Assembly: GCA_964035545.1 (NCBI GenBank)
Contig: CAXIUT010000230.1
Coordinates: 310,001 to 374,000 of the forward strand
Direction: 5' to 3'
From: Bugula neritina
Taxonomy: Eukaryota > Animalia > Bryozoa
DNA: 64,000 bases
A program made the translations under genes and the position numbers. Below are positions 1-15,700 of the stretch, piece after piece. The notes beneath the pieces were generated by a model, which saw nothing but the letters and a program-made list of their open reading frames with translations, was not told where the DNA came from and made no database searches. Each line of letters begins with the position of its first letter. Position 1 is the first letter of the stretch.

Positions 1-499
1 AATATACTGCAAAATACTGAAATACACTGTAACGTACTGAAATAAACTGCAACATCCTGCAACATACTGAAATACACTGTAACATACTGAAATACACTGC
101 AACATCCTACAAGATACTGAAGTACAGTGTAACGTATTGAAGTACACTGCAACACATTGAAGTATTCTGCAACACACTTAAACATACGGCAACATACTGA
201 AATATACTTCGGCACATTGCAAAATACTGCAGCATACTGAAATATGCTGTAGCCTACTGAAATACACTGCATTATACTGAAATACACTGCTACATACTGA
301 AATATACTGCAACATACTGAAATATACTGCGAAACATTGCAATATACTGTAACATACTGAAATATGCTGTAGCACACTGAAATACACTGCAACTCACTGA
401 AATATACTGCAACATACTGAAATACACTGTAACATATTGAAATATACTGCAACATACTGAAATACAGTGCTACATACTGAAATATACTGCACCATACTG

Positions 500-2190
500 C
501 AACATACTGAAATACACTGTAACATACTGAAATACACTGCAACATACTACAACATATTGAAAGACACTGCAACACATTGAAATATGCTGCAACATACCTA
601 AATATACGGTAATATACCAAAATAAACTGTTACACATTGAAAAATACTGCAACATACTGAAATACACTGCAACACACTGAAAAACACTGCAAAATACTGT
701 AACACACTGAAATATACTGCAAAATACTCAAATACACTGCTACATACTTAAATATACTGCAACACACTGCAACATACTGCAACATACTAAAATATACTGC
801 AACATACTGAAATACACTGCAAAATACTGAAATACACTGTAACATACTGAAATATACTGCAACATACTGAAGTACACTCCTACATACTGAAATATACTGC
901 AACTCACTGCAACATACTGCAACATACTAAAATACACTGTAACATATTGAAATACACTGCAACACATTGAAATATACTGCAAAATATTGAAATACACTGC
1001 TACACACTGAAATATACTGCAACACACGGCAACATAGTGCAACATACTAAAATATACTGCAACATACTGAAATACACTGCAAAATACTGAAATACGCTGT
1101 AACATACTGAAATATACTGCAACATACTGAAATATACTGCTACATACTGAAATATACTGCAACACACTGCAACATACTGCAACATACTAAAATACACTGT
1201 AACATAATGAAATACACTGCAACACATTGAAATATACTGCAAAATACTGAAATACACTGCTATATACTGAAATATACTGCAACACACTGCAACATACTGC
1301 AACATACTAAAATATACTGCAACATACTGAAATACACTGCAAAATACTGAAATACACTGTAACATACTGAAATATACAGCAACATACTGAAATACACTGC
1401 TACATACTGAAATAAACTGCAACATCCTGCAACATACTGAAACACACTGTAACATACTGAAATACACTGCAACATACTACAACATATTGAAAGACACTGC
1501 AACACATTGAAATATGCTGCAACATACCTAAATATACGGTAATATACCAAAATAAACTGTTACACATTGAAAAATACTGCAACATACTGAAATACACTGC
1601 AACACACTGAAAAACACTGCAAAATATTGTAACACACTGAAATATACTGCAAAATACTGAAATACACTGCTACATACTTAAATATACTGCAACACACTGC
1701 AACATACTGCAACATACTAAAATATACTGCAACATACTGAAATACACTGCAAAATACTGAAATACGCTGTAACATACTGAAATATACTGCAACACACTGA
1801 AGTACACTCCCCTACATACTGAAATATACTGCAACTCACTGCAACATACTGCAACATACTAAAATACAGTGTAACATATTGAAATACACTGCAACACATT
1901 GAAATATACTGCAAAATATTGAAATACACTGCTACACACTGAAATATACTGCAACACACGGCAACATACTGCAACATACTAAAATATACTGCAACATACT
2001 GAAATACACTGCAAAATACTGAAATACGCTGTAACATACTGAAATATACTGCAACATACTGAAATATACTGCTACATACTGAAATATACTGCAACACACT
2101 GCAACATACTGCAACATACTAAAATACACTGTAACATAATGAAATACACTGCAACACATTGAAATATACTGCAAAATACTGAAATACACT
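500..2190. repeat. 930-bp tandem duplication (one full copy plus a partial copy)
   Basis: GAAAGACACT...CCTAAATATACGGTAATATACCAAAATAAACTGTTAC recurs at ~560-630 and ~1490-1560. ORF pairs 470/1400 and 630/1560. The same 930 spacing appears at 12369/13299, 16558/17488, 35732/36662 and 58545/59475. Confidence 0.88.
739..1410. repeat. 260-bp sub-HOR made of alternating 140-bp and 120-bp subunits (example copy)
   Basis: GCTA/CCTA variant monomers at 739, 879, 999, 1139, 1259 and 1399 (spacings 140, 120, 140, 120, 140). The first five are each followed by B-A-A-A-'AAAATA'. ORF stops at 740/1000/1260 and 2902/3162/3422 repeat the 260 spacing. Confidence 0.9.
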
Positions 2191-4149
2191 GTAACGTACT
2201 GAAATAAACTGCAACATCCTGCAACATACTGAAATACACTGTAACATACTGAAATACACTGCAACATCCTACAAGATACTGAAGTACAGTGTAACGTATT
2301 GAAGTACACTGCAACACATTGAAGTATTCTGCAACACACTTAAACATACGGCAACATACTGAAATATACTTCGGCACATTGCAAAATACTGCAGCATACT
2401 GAAATATGCTGTAGCCTACTGAAATACACTGCATTATACTGAAATACACTGCTACATACTGAAATATACTGCAACATACTGAAATATACTGCGAAACATT
2501 GCAATATACTGTAACATACTGAAATATGCTGTAGCACACTGAAATACACTGCAACTCACTGAAATATACTGCAACATACTGAAATACACTGTAACATATT
2601 GAAATATACTGCAACATACTGAAATACAGTGCTACATACTGAAATATACTGCACCATACTGCAACATACTGAAATACACTGTAACATACTGAAATACACT
2701 GCAACATACTACAACATATTGAAAGACACTGCAACACATTGAAATATGCTGCAACATACCTAAATATACGGTAATATACCAAAATAAACTGTTACACATT
2801 GAAAAATACTGCAACATACTGAAATACACTGCAACACACTGAAAAACACTGCAAAATACTGTAACACACTGAAATATACTGCAAAATACTCAAATACACT
2901 GCTACATACTTAAATATACTGCAACACACTGCAACATACTGCAACATACTAAAATATACTGCAACATACTGAAATACACTGCAAAATACTGAAATACACT
3001 GTAACATACTGAAATATACTGCAACATACTGAAGTACACTCCTACATACTGAAATATACTGCAACTCACTGCAACATACTGCAACATACTAAAATACACT
3101 GTAACATATTGAAATACACTGCAACACATTGAAATATACTGCAAAATATTGAAATACACTGCTACACACTGAAATATACTGCAACACACGGCAACATACT
3201 GCAACATACTAAAATATACTGCAACATACTGAAATACACTGCAAAATACTGAAATACACTGTAACATACTGAAATATACTGCAACATACTGAAATATACT
3301 GCTACATACTGAAATATACTGCAACACACTGCAACATACTGCAACATACTAAAACACACTGTAACATAATGAAATACACTGCAACACATTGAAATATACT
3401 GCAAAATACTGAAATACACTGCTATATACTGATATATACTGCAACACACTGCAACATACTGCAACATACTAAAATATACTGCAACATACTGAAATACACT
3501 GCAAAATACTGAAATACACTGTAACATACTGAAATATACTGCAACATACTGAAATACACTGCTACATACTGAAATATACGGCAACACACTGCAACATACT
3601 GAAACATACTAAAATACACTGTAACATATTGAAATACACTGCAACACAGTGAAATATACTGCAATGTGCCGAAATGTATGGTAAACTACTGAAATATACT
3701 GTCACACATCGAAAAATACTGCAACATACTGAAATATACTGCGACACATTGCAATATACTGTAACATACCGAAATATGCTGTAGCGCATTGAAATACACT
3801 GCAACTCGCTGAAATATACTGCAACATACTGAAATACACTGTAACATACTGAAATACAGTGCTACATACTGAAATATACTGCAACATACTGCAACATACT
3901 GAAATACACTGTAACAAACTGAAATACACTGCAACGTACTACAACATTTTGAAACACACTGCAACACATTGAAATATACTGTAACTCGCTGAAACATACT
4001 GTAACTCACTGAAATATAGTGTAATATACGGAAATGTACTGTAAAATACTGGAATATAATGTAACACACTGAAATATACTGCAACATACTGAAATACACT
4101 GTAACATATTGAAATATACTGCAACATACTGAAATACAGTGCTACATAC

Positions 4150-7100
4150 TGAAATATACTGTCACACATTGAAAATTACTGCAACATACTGAAATAAACT
4201 GCGACACATTGCAATATACTGTAACATACCGAAATATGCTGTAGCACATTGAAATACACTGCAACTCACTGAAATACAGTGCTACATACTGAAATATACT
4301 GCAACATACTGCAACATACTGAAATACACTGTAACAAACTGAAATACACTGCAACATACTACAACATTTTGAAACACACTGCAACACATTGAAATATACT
4401 GCAACATACCTAAATATACGGTAATATACCAAAATATACTGTAACACATTGAAAAATACTGCAACATACTGAAATACACTGCAACACACTGAAAAACACT
4501 GCAAAATACTGTAACACACTGAAATAAACTGCAAAACACTGAAATACACTGCTACATACTGAAATATACTGCAACACAGTGCAACATGCTGCAACATACT
4601 AAAATATACTGCAACATACTGAAATACACTGCAAAATACTGAAATACACTGTAACATACTGAAATAAACTGCAAAATACTACAACATTTTGACATACACT
4701 GGAATACATTGAAATATACTGCAACATACCTAAATATACGGTAATATACTGAAATATACTGTAACACATTGAAAAATACTACAAAATACTGAAATACACT
4801 GCAACATACTACAACATACTGAAATACGCTGTAATACATTGAAATCCACTGCAACACATTGAAATATAGTGTAACTCGCTGAAACATACTGTAACTCACT
4901 GAAATATAGTGTAATATACGGAAACGTACTGTAAAATACTGGAATATAATGTAACACACTGAAATATACTGCAACATACTGAAATACACTGTAACTTACT
5001 GAAATATACTGCAACATCCAGCAACATACTGAAATACACTGTGACATACTGAAATACACTGCAACATCCTACAAGATACTGAAATACACTGTAACGTATT
5101 GAAGTACACTGCAACACATTGAAGTATTCTGCAACACACTTAAACATACGGCAACATACTGAAATATACTTCGGCACATTGCAATATACTGCAGCATACT
5201 GAAATATGCTGTAGCCTACTGAAATACACTGCATTATACTGAAGTACACTGCTACATACTGAAATATACTGCAACATACTGAAATATACTGCGACACATT
5301 GCAATATGCTGTAACATACTGAAATATGCTGTAGCACACTGAAATACACTGCAACTCACTGAAATATACTGCAACATACTGAAATACACTGTAACATATT
5401 GAAATATACTGCAACATACTGAAATACAGTGCTACATACTGAAATATAGTGCAACATACTGCAACATACTGAAATACACTGTAACATACTGAAATACACT
5501 GCAACATACTACAACATATTGAAAGACACTGCAACACATTGTAATATGCTGCAACATACCTAAATATACGGTAACATACCAAAAAAAACTGTTACACATT
5601 GAAAAATACTGCAACATACTGAAATACACTGCAACACACTGAAAAACACTGCAAAATACAGTAACACACTGAAATATACTGCAAAATACTGAAATACACT
5701 GCTACATACTTAAACATACTGCAACACACTGCAACATACTGCAACATACTAAAATATACTGCAACATACTGAAATACACTGCAAAATACTGAAATACACT
5801 GTAACATACTGAAATATACTGCAACATACTGAAGTACACTCCTACATACTGAAATATACTGCAACTCACTGCAACATACTGCAACATACTAAAATACACT
5901 GTAACATATTGAAATACACTGCAACACATTGAAATATACTGCAAAATATTGAAATACACTGCTACACACTGAAATGTACTGCAACACATGGCAACATACT
6001 GCAACATACTAAAATATACTGCAACATACTGAAATACACTGCAAAATACTGAAATACGCTGTAACATACTGAAATATACTGCAACATACTGAAATATACT
6101 GCTACATACTGAAATATACTGCAACACACTGCAACATACTGCAACATACTAAAATACACTGTAACATAATGAAATACACTGCAACACATTGAAATATACT
6201 GCAAAATACTGAAATACACTGCTATATACTGAAATATACTGCAACACACTGAAACATACTGCAACATACTAAAGTATACTGCAACATACTGAAATACACT
6301 GCAACACAGTGAAATATACTGCAATGTGCCGAAATATATGGTAAACTACTGAAATATACTGTCAAACATTGAAAATTACTGCAACATACTGAAATAAACT
6401 GCGACACATTGCAATATACTGTAACATACCGAAATATGCTGTAGCACATTGAAATACACTGCAACTCACTGAAATACAGTGCTACATACTGAAATATACT
6501 GCAACATACTGCAACATACTGAAATACACTGTAACAAACTGAAATACACTGCAACATACTACAACATTTTGAAACACACTGCAACACATTGAAATATACT
6601 GCAACATACCTAAATATACGGTAATATACCAAAATATACTGTAACACATTGAAAAACACTGCAACATACTGAAATACACTGCAACACACTGAAAAACACT
6701 GCAAAATACTGTAACACACTGAAATAAACTGCAAAACACTGAAATACACTGCTACATACTGAAATATACTGCAACACAGTGCAACATGCTGCAACATACT
6801 AAAATATACTGCAACATACTGAAATACACTGCAAAATACTGAAATACACTGTAACATACTGAAATAAACTGCAAAATACTACAACATTTTGACATACACT
6901 GGAATACATTGAAATATACTGCAACATACCTAAATATACGGTAATATACTGAAATATACTGTAACACATTGAAAAATACTACAAAATACTGAAATACACT
7001 GCAACATACTACAACATACTGAAATACGCTGTAATACATTGAAATCCACTGCAACACATTGAAATATAGTGTAACTCGCTGAAACATACTGTAACTCACT

Positions 7101-7490
7101 GAAATATAGTGTAATATACGGAAACGTACTGTAAAATACTGGAATATAATGTAACACACTGAAATATACTGCAACATACTGAAATACACTGTAACTTACT
7201 GAAATATACTGCAACATCCAGCAACATACTGAAATACACTGTGACATACTGAAATACACTGCAACATCCTACAAGATACTGAAATACACTGTAACGTATT
7301 GAAGTACACTGCAACACATTGAAGTATTCTGCAACACACTTAAACATACGGCAACATACTGAAATATACTTCGGCACATTGCAATATACTGCAGCATACT
7401 GAAATATGCTGTAGCCTACTGAAATACACTGCATTATACTGAAATACACTGCTACATACTGAAATATACTGCAACATACTGAAATACACT
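4150..7490. repeat. 2200-bp offset duplication (~4150-5290 repeated at ~6350-7490)
   Basis: ORF pairs 4282/6482, 4552/6752, 4730/6930, 4896/7096, 5140/7340. Shared rare variants GAAACGTACT (4921/7121), GCAACATCCA (5011/7211) and GTGACATACT (5041/7241). Confidence 0.9.
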
Positions 7491-9700
7491 GTAATATGCT
7501 GAATTACACTGCAACACATTGAAATATACTGCAACATAGCAAAATATATATTAAACTACTGAAAAATACTTTAACACATTGAAAAATACTGCAACATACA
7601 TAATTATACTGTAACACACTGAAATATACTGCAACATACTGAAATACACTGTAAAATACTGAAATATACTGCAACATACTGAAATACACTGATACATACT
7701 GAAATATACTGCAACATACTGCAACATACTGAAAAACACTGTAACATACTGAAATACACTGCAACATACTACAACATATTGAAAAACACTGCAACACATT
7801 GAATATACTGCAACATACCTAAATATGCGGTAATATACTGAAATAAACTCTAACACATTGAAAATACTGCAACATACTGAAATACACTGCAACACACCGA
7901 AATATAATGCAAAATAAAACAACATACTGAAATACACTGTAACATATTGAAATACACTGTAACACATTGAAATATACTGCAACATACTGAAATTTCCTGC
8001 GACACATTGCAATATACTGTAACATACTGAAATATGCTGTAGCACACTGAAATATACTGCAAAATACTGAAATACACTAAAACATATTGAAAAATACTGC
8101 AACATACTGAAATACACTGTAACATACTGAAATACACTGCAAAATACTACAACATATTGAAATACACTGCAACATACCTACATATTCGGTAAGATACTGA
8201 AATATACTGTAACACATTAAAAAAGTACAGCAACATACTGAAAGATACTGCAAGATACTGCAACATACTAAAATACACTGTAACATATTGAAACACACTG
8301 CAACATACTGCATTATACTGACATACACTGGAACATAATGAAATACACTGCAACAAATTGAAGTATACTGCAACACACCGAAACATACGGCAACATACTG
8401 AAATATACTGCGACAGATTGAAATGTACAGCAACATACTGAAATATACTGCGACACATTGCAAAATACTGCAACATACTGAAATACGCGGTAATATATTG
8501 AAATACACTGCAACACATTGAAATATACTGTAACTCGCTGAAATATAGTGTAATATACGGAAATGTACTGTAACATACTGGAATATACTGTAACACACTG
8601 AAGTATACTGCAACATACTGAAATGCAGTGCTACATACTGAAATATACTGCAACATACTGCAACATATTCAAATACACTGTAACATACTGAAATATACTA
8701 CTACACACTGCAACATTTGGCAACATACTGAAATATACTGCGACACATTGCAGTATACTGAAACATACTGAAATATGCTGTAGCACACCGAAACACACTG
8801 CAACTCACTGAAATATACTGCAACATACTGAAATACACTGTGACATACTGAAATATACTGCGACATACTGCACCATACTGAAATACACTGTAACATACTG
8901 AAATACACTGCAACACATTGAAATATACTGCAAAATACTGAAATACAGTGCTACATACTGAAAGATACTGCAACATACCGAAATACACTGTAACATGTTG
9001 AAATATACTGCAACATACCTAAATATACGGTAATATACCAAAATATACTGTAACACATTGAAAAATACTGCAACATACTGAAATACACTGCAACCTCTGA
9101 AAAACACTGCAAAATACTGTAACGCACTCAAATATACTGCAAAACACCGAAATACACTGCTACATACTGAAATATACTGCAACACACTGCAACAAACTGC
9201 AACATACTAAAATATACTGCAACATACTGAAATACACTGCAAAATACTGAAATACACTGTAACATACTGAAATATACTGCGACACATTGCAATATACTGT
9301 AACATACTGAAATATGCTGTAGCACACTGAAATACACTGCAACTCACTGAAATATACTGCAACATACTGAAATACACTGTAACATATTGAAATATACTGC
9401 AACATACTGCAACATACTGAAATACACTGGAACATATTGAAATACACTGCAACAAATTGAAGTATACTGCAACACACTGAAACACACTGAAATACACCGC
9501 AAAACACTACAACATACTGAAACATACTGCAACATACTGAAATACACTACTACATACTGAAATATACTGCAACATACTGCACCATACTGAAATACACTGT
9601 AACATACTGAAATACACTGCAACATAATACAATATATTGAAATACACTGCAACACATTGAAATATACTGCAACATACTGAAATATACTGCGACACATTGC
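7490..9700. repeat. Diverged HOR module 'D', first of 7 copies (others start ~22450, 29730, 33445, 42460, 51540, 56235)
   Basis: Higher variant density (GCAACATAGCAAAATATATATTAAACTACT, AAACTCTAAC, GCAAAATAAAACAAC, GCGACAGATT, GCAACATTTGG, GCAACCTCTG). Four 1-bp indels at ~7803, ~7862, ~8222 and ~9095 are reproduced in each copy. Confidence 0.88.
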
Positions 9701-12700
9701 AATATACTGTAACATACTGAAATATGCTGTAGCACATTGAAATACACTGCAACTCACTGAAGTATACTGCAACATACTGATATACACTGTAACATATTGA
9801 AATACACTGCAACATACTGAAATACAGTGCTACATACTGAAATATACTGCAACATACTGCAACATACTGAAATACACTGTAACAAACAGAAATACACTGC
9901 AACATACTACAACATTTTGAAACACACTGCAACACATTGAAATATACTGCAACATACCTAGAAATACGGTAATATACCAAAATATACTGTAACACATTGA
10001 AAAATACTGCAACATACTGAAATACACTGCAACACACTGAAAGACACTGCAAAATACTGTAACACACTGAAATATACTGCAAAACACTGAAATACACTGC
10101 TACATACTGAAATATACTGCAACACAGTGCAACATACTGCAACATACTAAAATATACTGCAACATACTGAAATACACTGCAAAATACTGATTTACACTGT
10201 AACATACTGAAATACACTGCAAAATACTACAACATTTTGAAATACACTGCAATACATTGAAATATACTCCAACATACCTAAATATACGGTAATATACTGA
10301 AATATACTGTAACACATTGAAAAATACTACAAAATACTGAAATACACTGCAACATACTACAACATACTGAAATACGCTGTAATACATTGAAATCAACTGC
10401 AACACATTGAAATATACTGTAACTCGCTGAAACATACTGTAACTCACTGAAATATAGTGTAATATACGGAAATGTACTGTAAAATACTGGAATATAATGT
10501 AACACACTGAAATATACTGCAACATACTGAAATACACTGAAACATACTGAAATATACTGCAACATCCTGCAACATACTGAAATACACTGCAACATACTGA
10601 AATACACTGAAACATACTGAAATATACTGCAACATCCTGCAACACACTTAAACACACGGCAACATACTGAAATATACTTCGGCACATTGCAATATACTGC
10701 AGCATACTGAAATATGCTGTAGCCTACTGAAATACACTGCATTATACTGAAATACACTGCTACATACTGAAATATACTGCAACATACTGAAATACGCTGT
10801 AATATGCTGAATTACACTGCAACACATTGAAATATACTGCAACATAGCAAAATATATATTAAACTACTGAAAAATACTTTAACACATTGAAAAATACTGC
10901 AACATACATGATTATACTGTAACACACTGAAATATACTGCAACATACTGAAATACACTGTAAAATACTGAAATATACTGCAACATACTGAAATACACTGC
11001 TACATACTGAAATATACTGCAACACACTGCGACATACTGCAACATACTAAAATACACTGTAACATATTGAAATACACTGCAACACATTGAAATATACTGC
11101 AATGTACCGAAATATATGGTAAACTACTGAAATATACTGTCACACATTGAAAAACACTGCAACATACTGAAATATACTGCGACACATTGCAATATACTGT
11201 AACATACTGAAATATGCTGTTGCACACTGAAATACACTGGAACTCACTGAAATATACTGCAACATACTGAAATACACTGTAACATATTGAAATATACTGC
11301 AACATACTGAAATACAGTGCTACATACTGAAATATACTGCAACATACTGCAATGTACTGAAATACACTGTAACAAACTGAAATACACTGCAACATACTAC
11401 AACATTTTGAAACACACTGCAACACATTGAAATATACTGCAACATACCTAAATATACGGGAATATACCAAAATATACTGTAACACATTGAAAAATACTGC
11501 AACATACTGAAATACACTGCAACACACTGAAAAACACTGCAAAATACTGTAACACACTGAAATATACTGCAAAACACTGAAATACACTGCTACATACTGA
11601 AATATACTGCAACACAGTGCAACATACTGCAACATACTAAAATATACTGCAACATACTGAAATACACTGCTAAATACTGAAATACACTGTAACATACTGA
11701 AATACACTGCAAAATACTACAACATTTTGAAATACACTGCAGAACATTGAAATATACTGCAACATACCTAAATACACGGTAATATACTGAAATATACTGT
11801 CACACATTGAAAAATACTACAAAATACTGAAATACACTGCAACATACTACAACATACTGAAATACGCTGTAATACATTGAAATCCACTGCAACCATTGAA
11901 ATATACTGTAACTCGCTGAAACATACTGTAACTCACTGGAATATAATGTAACACACTGAAATATACTGCAACATACTGAAATACACTGTAACATACTGAA
12001 ATAAACTGCAACATCCTGCAACATACTGAAATACACTGTAACATACTGAAATACACTGCAACATCCTACAAGATACTGAAATACACTGTAACGTATTGAT
12101 GTACACTGCAACACATTGAAGTATTCTGCAACACACTTAAACATACGGCAACATACTGAAATATACTTCGGCACATTGCAATATACTGCAGCATACTGAA
12201 ATATGCTGTAGCCTACTGAAATACACTGCATTATACTGAAATACACTGCTACATACTGAAATATACTGCAACATACTGAAATATACTGCGACACATTGCA
12301 ATATACTGCAACATACTGAAATACACTGTAACATATCGAAATATACTGCAACATACTGAAATACAGTGCTACATACTGAAATATACTGCAACATACTGCA
12401 ACGTACTGAAATACACTGTAACATACTGAAATACACTGCAACATACTACAACATATTGAAAGACACTGCAACACATTGAAATATGCTGCAACATACCTAA
12501 ATATACGGTAATATACCAAAATAAACTGTTACACATTGAAAAATACTGCAACATACTGAAATACACTGCAACACCCTGAAAAACACTGCAAAATACTGTA
12601 ACACACTGAAATATACTGCAAAATACTGAAATACACTGCTACATACTTAAATATACTGCAACACACTGCAACATACTGCATTATACTAAAATATACTGCA

Positions 12701-15700
12701 ACATACTGAAATACACTGCAAAATACTGAAATACACTGTAACATACTGAAATATACTGCAACATACTGAAGTACACTCCTACATACTGAAATATACTGCA
12801 ACTCACTGCAACATACTGCAACATACTAAAATACACTGTAACATATTGAAATACACTGCAACACATTGAAATATACTGCAAAATATTGAAATACACTGCT
12901 ACACACTGAATTATACTGCAACACACGGCAACATACTGCAACATACTAAAATATACTGCAACATACTGAAATACACTGCAAAATACTGAAATACGCTGTA
13001 ACATACTGAAATATACTGCAACATACTGAAATATACTGCTACATACTGAAATATACTGCAACACACTGCAACATACTGCAACATACTAAAATACACTGTA
13101 ACATAATGAAATACACTGCAACACATTGAAATATACTGCAAAATACTGAAATACACTGCTATATACTGAAATATACTGCAACACACTGCAACATACTGCA
13201 ACATACTAAAATATACTGCAACATACTGAAATACACTGCAAAATACTGAAATACACTGTAACATACTGAAATATACTGCAACATACTGAAATACACTGCT
13301 ACATACTGAAATAAACTGCAACATCCTGCAACATACTGAAATACACTGCAACATACTGAAATACACTGCAACATACTACAACATATTGAAAGACACTGCA
13401 ACACATTGAAATATGCTGCAACATACCTAAATATACGGTAATATACCAAAATAAACTGTTACACATTGAAAAATACTGCAACATACTGAAATACACTGCA
13501 ACACACTGAAAAACACTGTAAAATACTGTAACACACTGAAATATACTGCAAAATACTGAAATACACTGCTACATACTTAAATATACTGCAACACACTGCA
13601 ACATACTGAAATACACTGGAACATATTGAAATACACTGCAACAAATTGAAGTATACTGCAACACACTGAAACACACTGAAATACACCGCAAAACACTACA
13701 ACATACTGAAACATACTGCAACATACTGAAATACACTACTACATACTGAAATATACTGCAACATACTGCACCATACTGAAATACACTGTAACATACTGAA
13801 ATACACTGCAACATAATACAATATATTGAAATACACTGCAACACATTGAAATATACTGCAACATACTGAAATATACTGCGACACATTGCAATATACTGTA
13901 ACATACTGAAATATGCTGTAGCACATTGAAATACACTGCAACTCACTGAAGTATACTGCAACATACTGATATACACTGTAACATATTGAAATACACTGCA
14001 ACATACTGAAATACAGTGCTACATACTGAAATATACTGCAACATACTGCAACATACTGAAATACACTGTAACAAACAGAAATACACTGCAACATACTACA
14101 ACATTTTGAAACACACTGCAACACATTGAAATATACTGCAACATACCTAGAAATACGGTAATATACCAAAATATACTGTAACACATTGAAAAATACTGCA
14201 ACATACTGAAATACACTGCAACACACTGAAAGACACTGCAAAATACTGTAACACACTGAAATATACTGCAAAACACTGAAATACACTGCTACATACTGAA
14301 ATATACTGCAACACAGTGCAACATACTGCAACATACTAAAATATACTGCAACATACTGAAATACACTGCAAAATACTGATTTACACTGTAACATACTGAA
14401 ATACACTGCAAAATACTACAACATTTTGAAATACACTGCAATACATTGAAATATACTCCAACATACCTAAATATACGGTAATATACTGAAATATACTGTA
14501 ACACATTGAAAAATACTACAAAATACTGAAATACACTGCAACATACTACAACATACTGAAATACGCTGTAATACATTGAAATCAACTGCAACACATTGAA
14601 ATATACTGTAACTCGCTGAAACATACTGTAACTCACTGAAATATAGTGTAATATACGGAAATGTACTGTAAAATACTGGAATATAATGTAACACACTGAA
14701 ATATACTGCAACATACTGAAATACACTGAAACATACTGAAATATACTGCAACATCCTGCAACATACTGAAATACACTGCAACATACTGAAATACACTGAA
14801 ACATACTGAAATATACTGCAACATCCTGCAACACACTTAAACACACGGCAACATACTGAAATATACTTCGGCACATTGCAATATACTGCAGCATACTGAA
14901 ATATGCTGTAGCCTACTGAAATACACTGCATTATACTGAAATACACTGCTACATACTGAAATATACTGCAACATACTGAAATACACTGTAATATGCTGAA
15001 TTACACTGCAACACATTGAAATATACTGCAACATAGCAAAATATATATTAAACTACTGAAAAATACTTTAACACATTGAAAAATACTGCAACATACATGA
15101 TTATACTGTAACACACTGAAATATACTGCAACATACTGAAATACACTGTAAAATACTGAAATATACTGCAACATACTGAAATACACTGCTACATACTGAA
15201 ATATACTGCAACACACTGCGACATACTGCAACATACTAAAATACACTGTAACATATTGAAATACACTGCAACACATTGAAATATACTGCAATGTACCGAA
15301 ATATATGGTAAACTACTGAAATATACTGTCACACATTGAAAAACACTGCAACATACTGAAATATACTGCGACACATTGCAATATACTGTAACATACTGAA
15401 ATATGCTGTTGCACACTGAAATACACTGGAACTCACTGAAATATACTGCAACATACTGAAATACACTGTAACATATTGAAATATACTGCAACATACTGAA
15501 ATACAGTGCTACATACTGAAATATACTGCAACATACTGCAATGTACCGAAATACACTGTAACAAACTGAAATACACTGCAACATACTACAACATTTTGAA
15601 ACACACTGCAACACATTGAAATATACTGCAACATACCTAAATATACGGGAATATACAAAAATATACTGTAACACATTGAAAAATACTGCAACATACTGAA

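Larger units (their letters stand above)
1..3575. repeat. 2162-bp offset duplication (1-~1415 repeated at 2163-~3575)
   Basis: ORF pairs 178/2340, 470/2632, 630/2792, 740/2902, 1000/3162, 1260/3422. The variants GAAGTACAGT (~119, 2281) and TCGGCACATTGCAAAATACT (~209, 2371) were seen only in these two copies. Confidence 0.9.

Noticed and set aside
203-222. Resemblance of CTTCGG to the CENP-B box or a UUCG tetraloop
   Set aside because: Only CTTCG matches and the downstream A..CGGG part of the CENP-B box is absent. The flanks do not extend a stem beyond the closing C-G pair.
450-475. Small inverted motifs (ACTG…CAGT, TGCA, GTAC) as hairpins or terminators
   Set aside because: The stems are only 4-5 bp and arise from single substitutions in the monomer. 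No stable structure is supported.
1808-1813. Private +2 C insertion (CACTCCCCTAC versus CACTCCTAC)
   Set aside because: It is a single occurrence in a homopolymer and cannot be distinguished from a sequencing or consensus error without reads.
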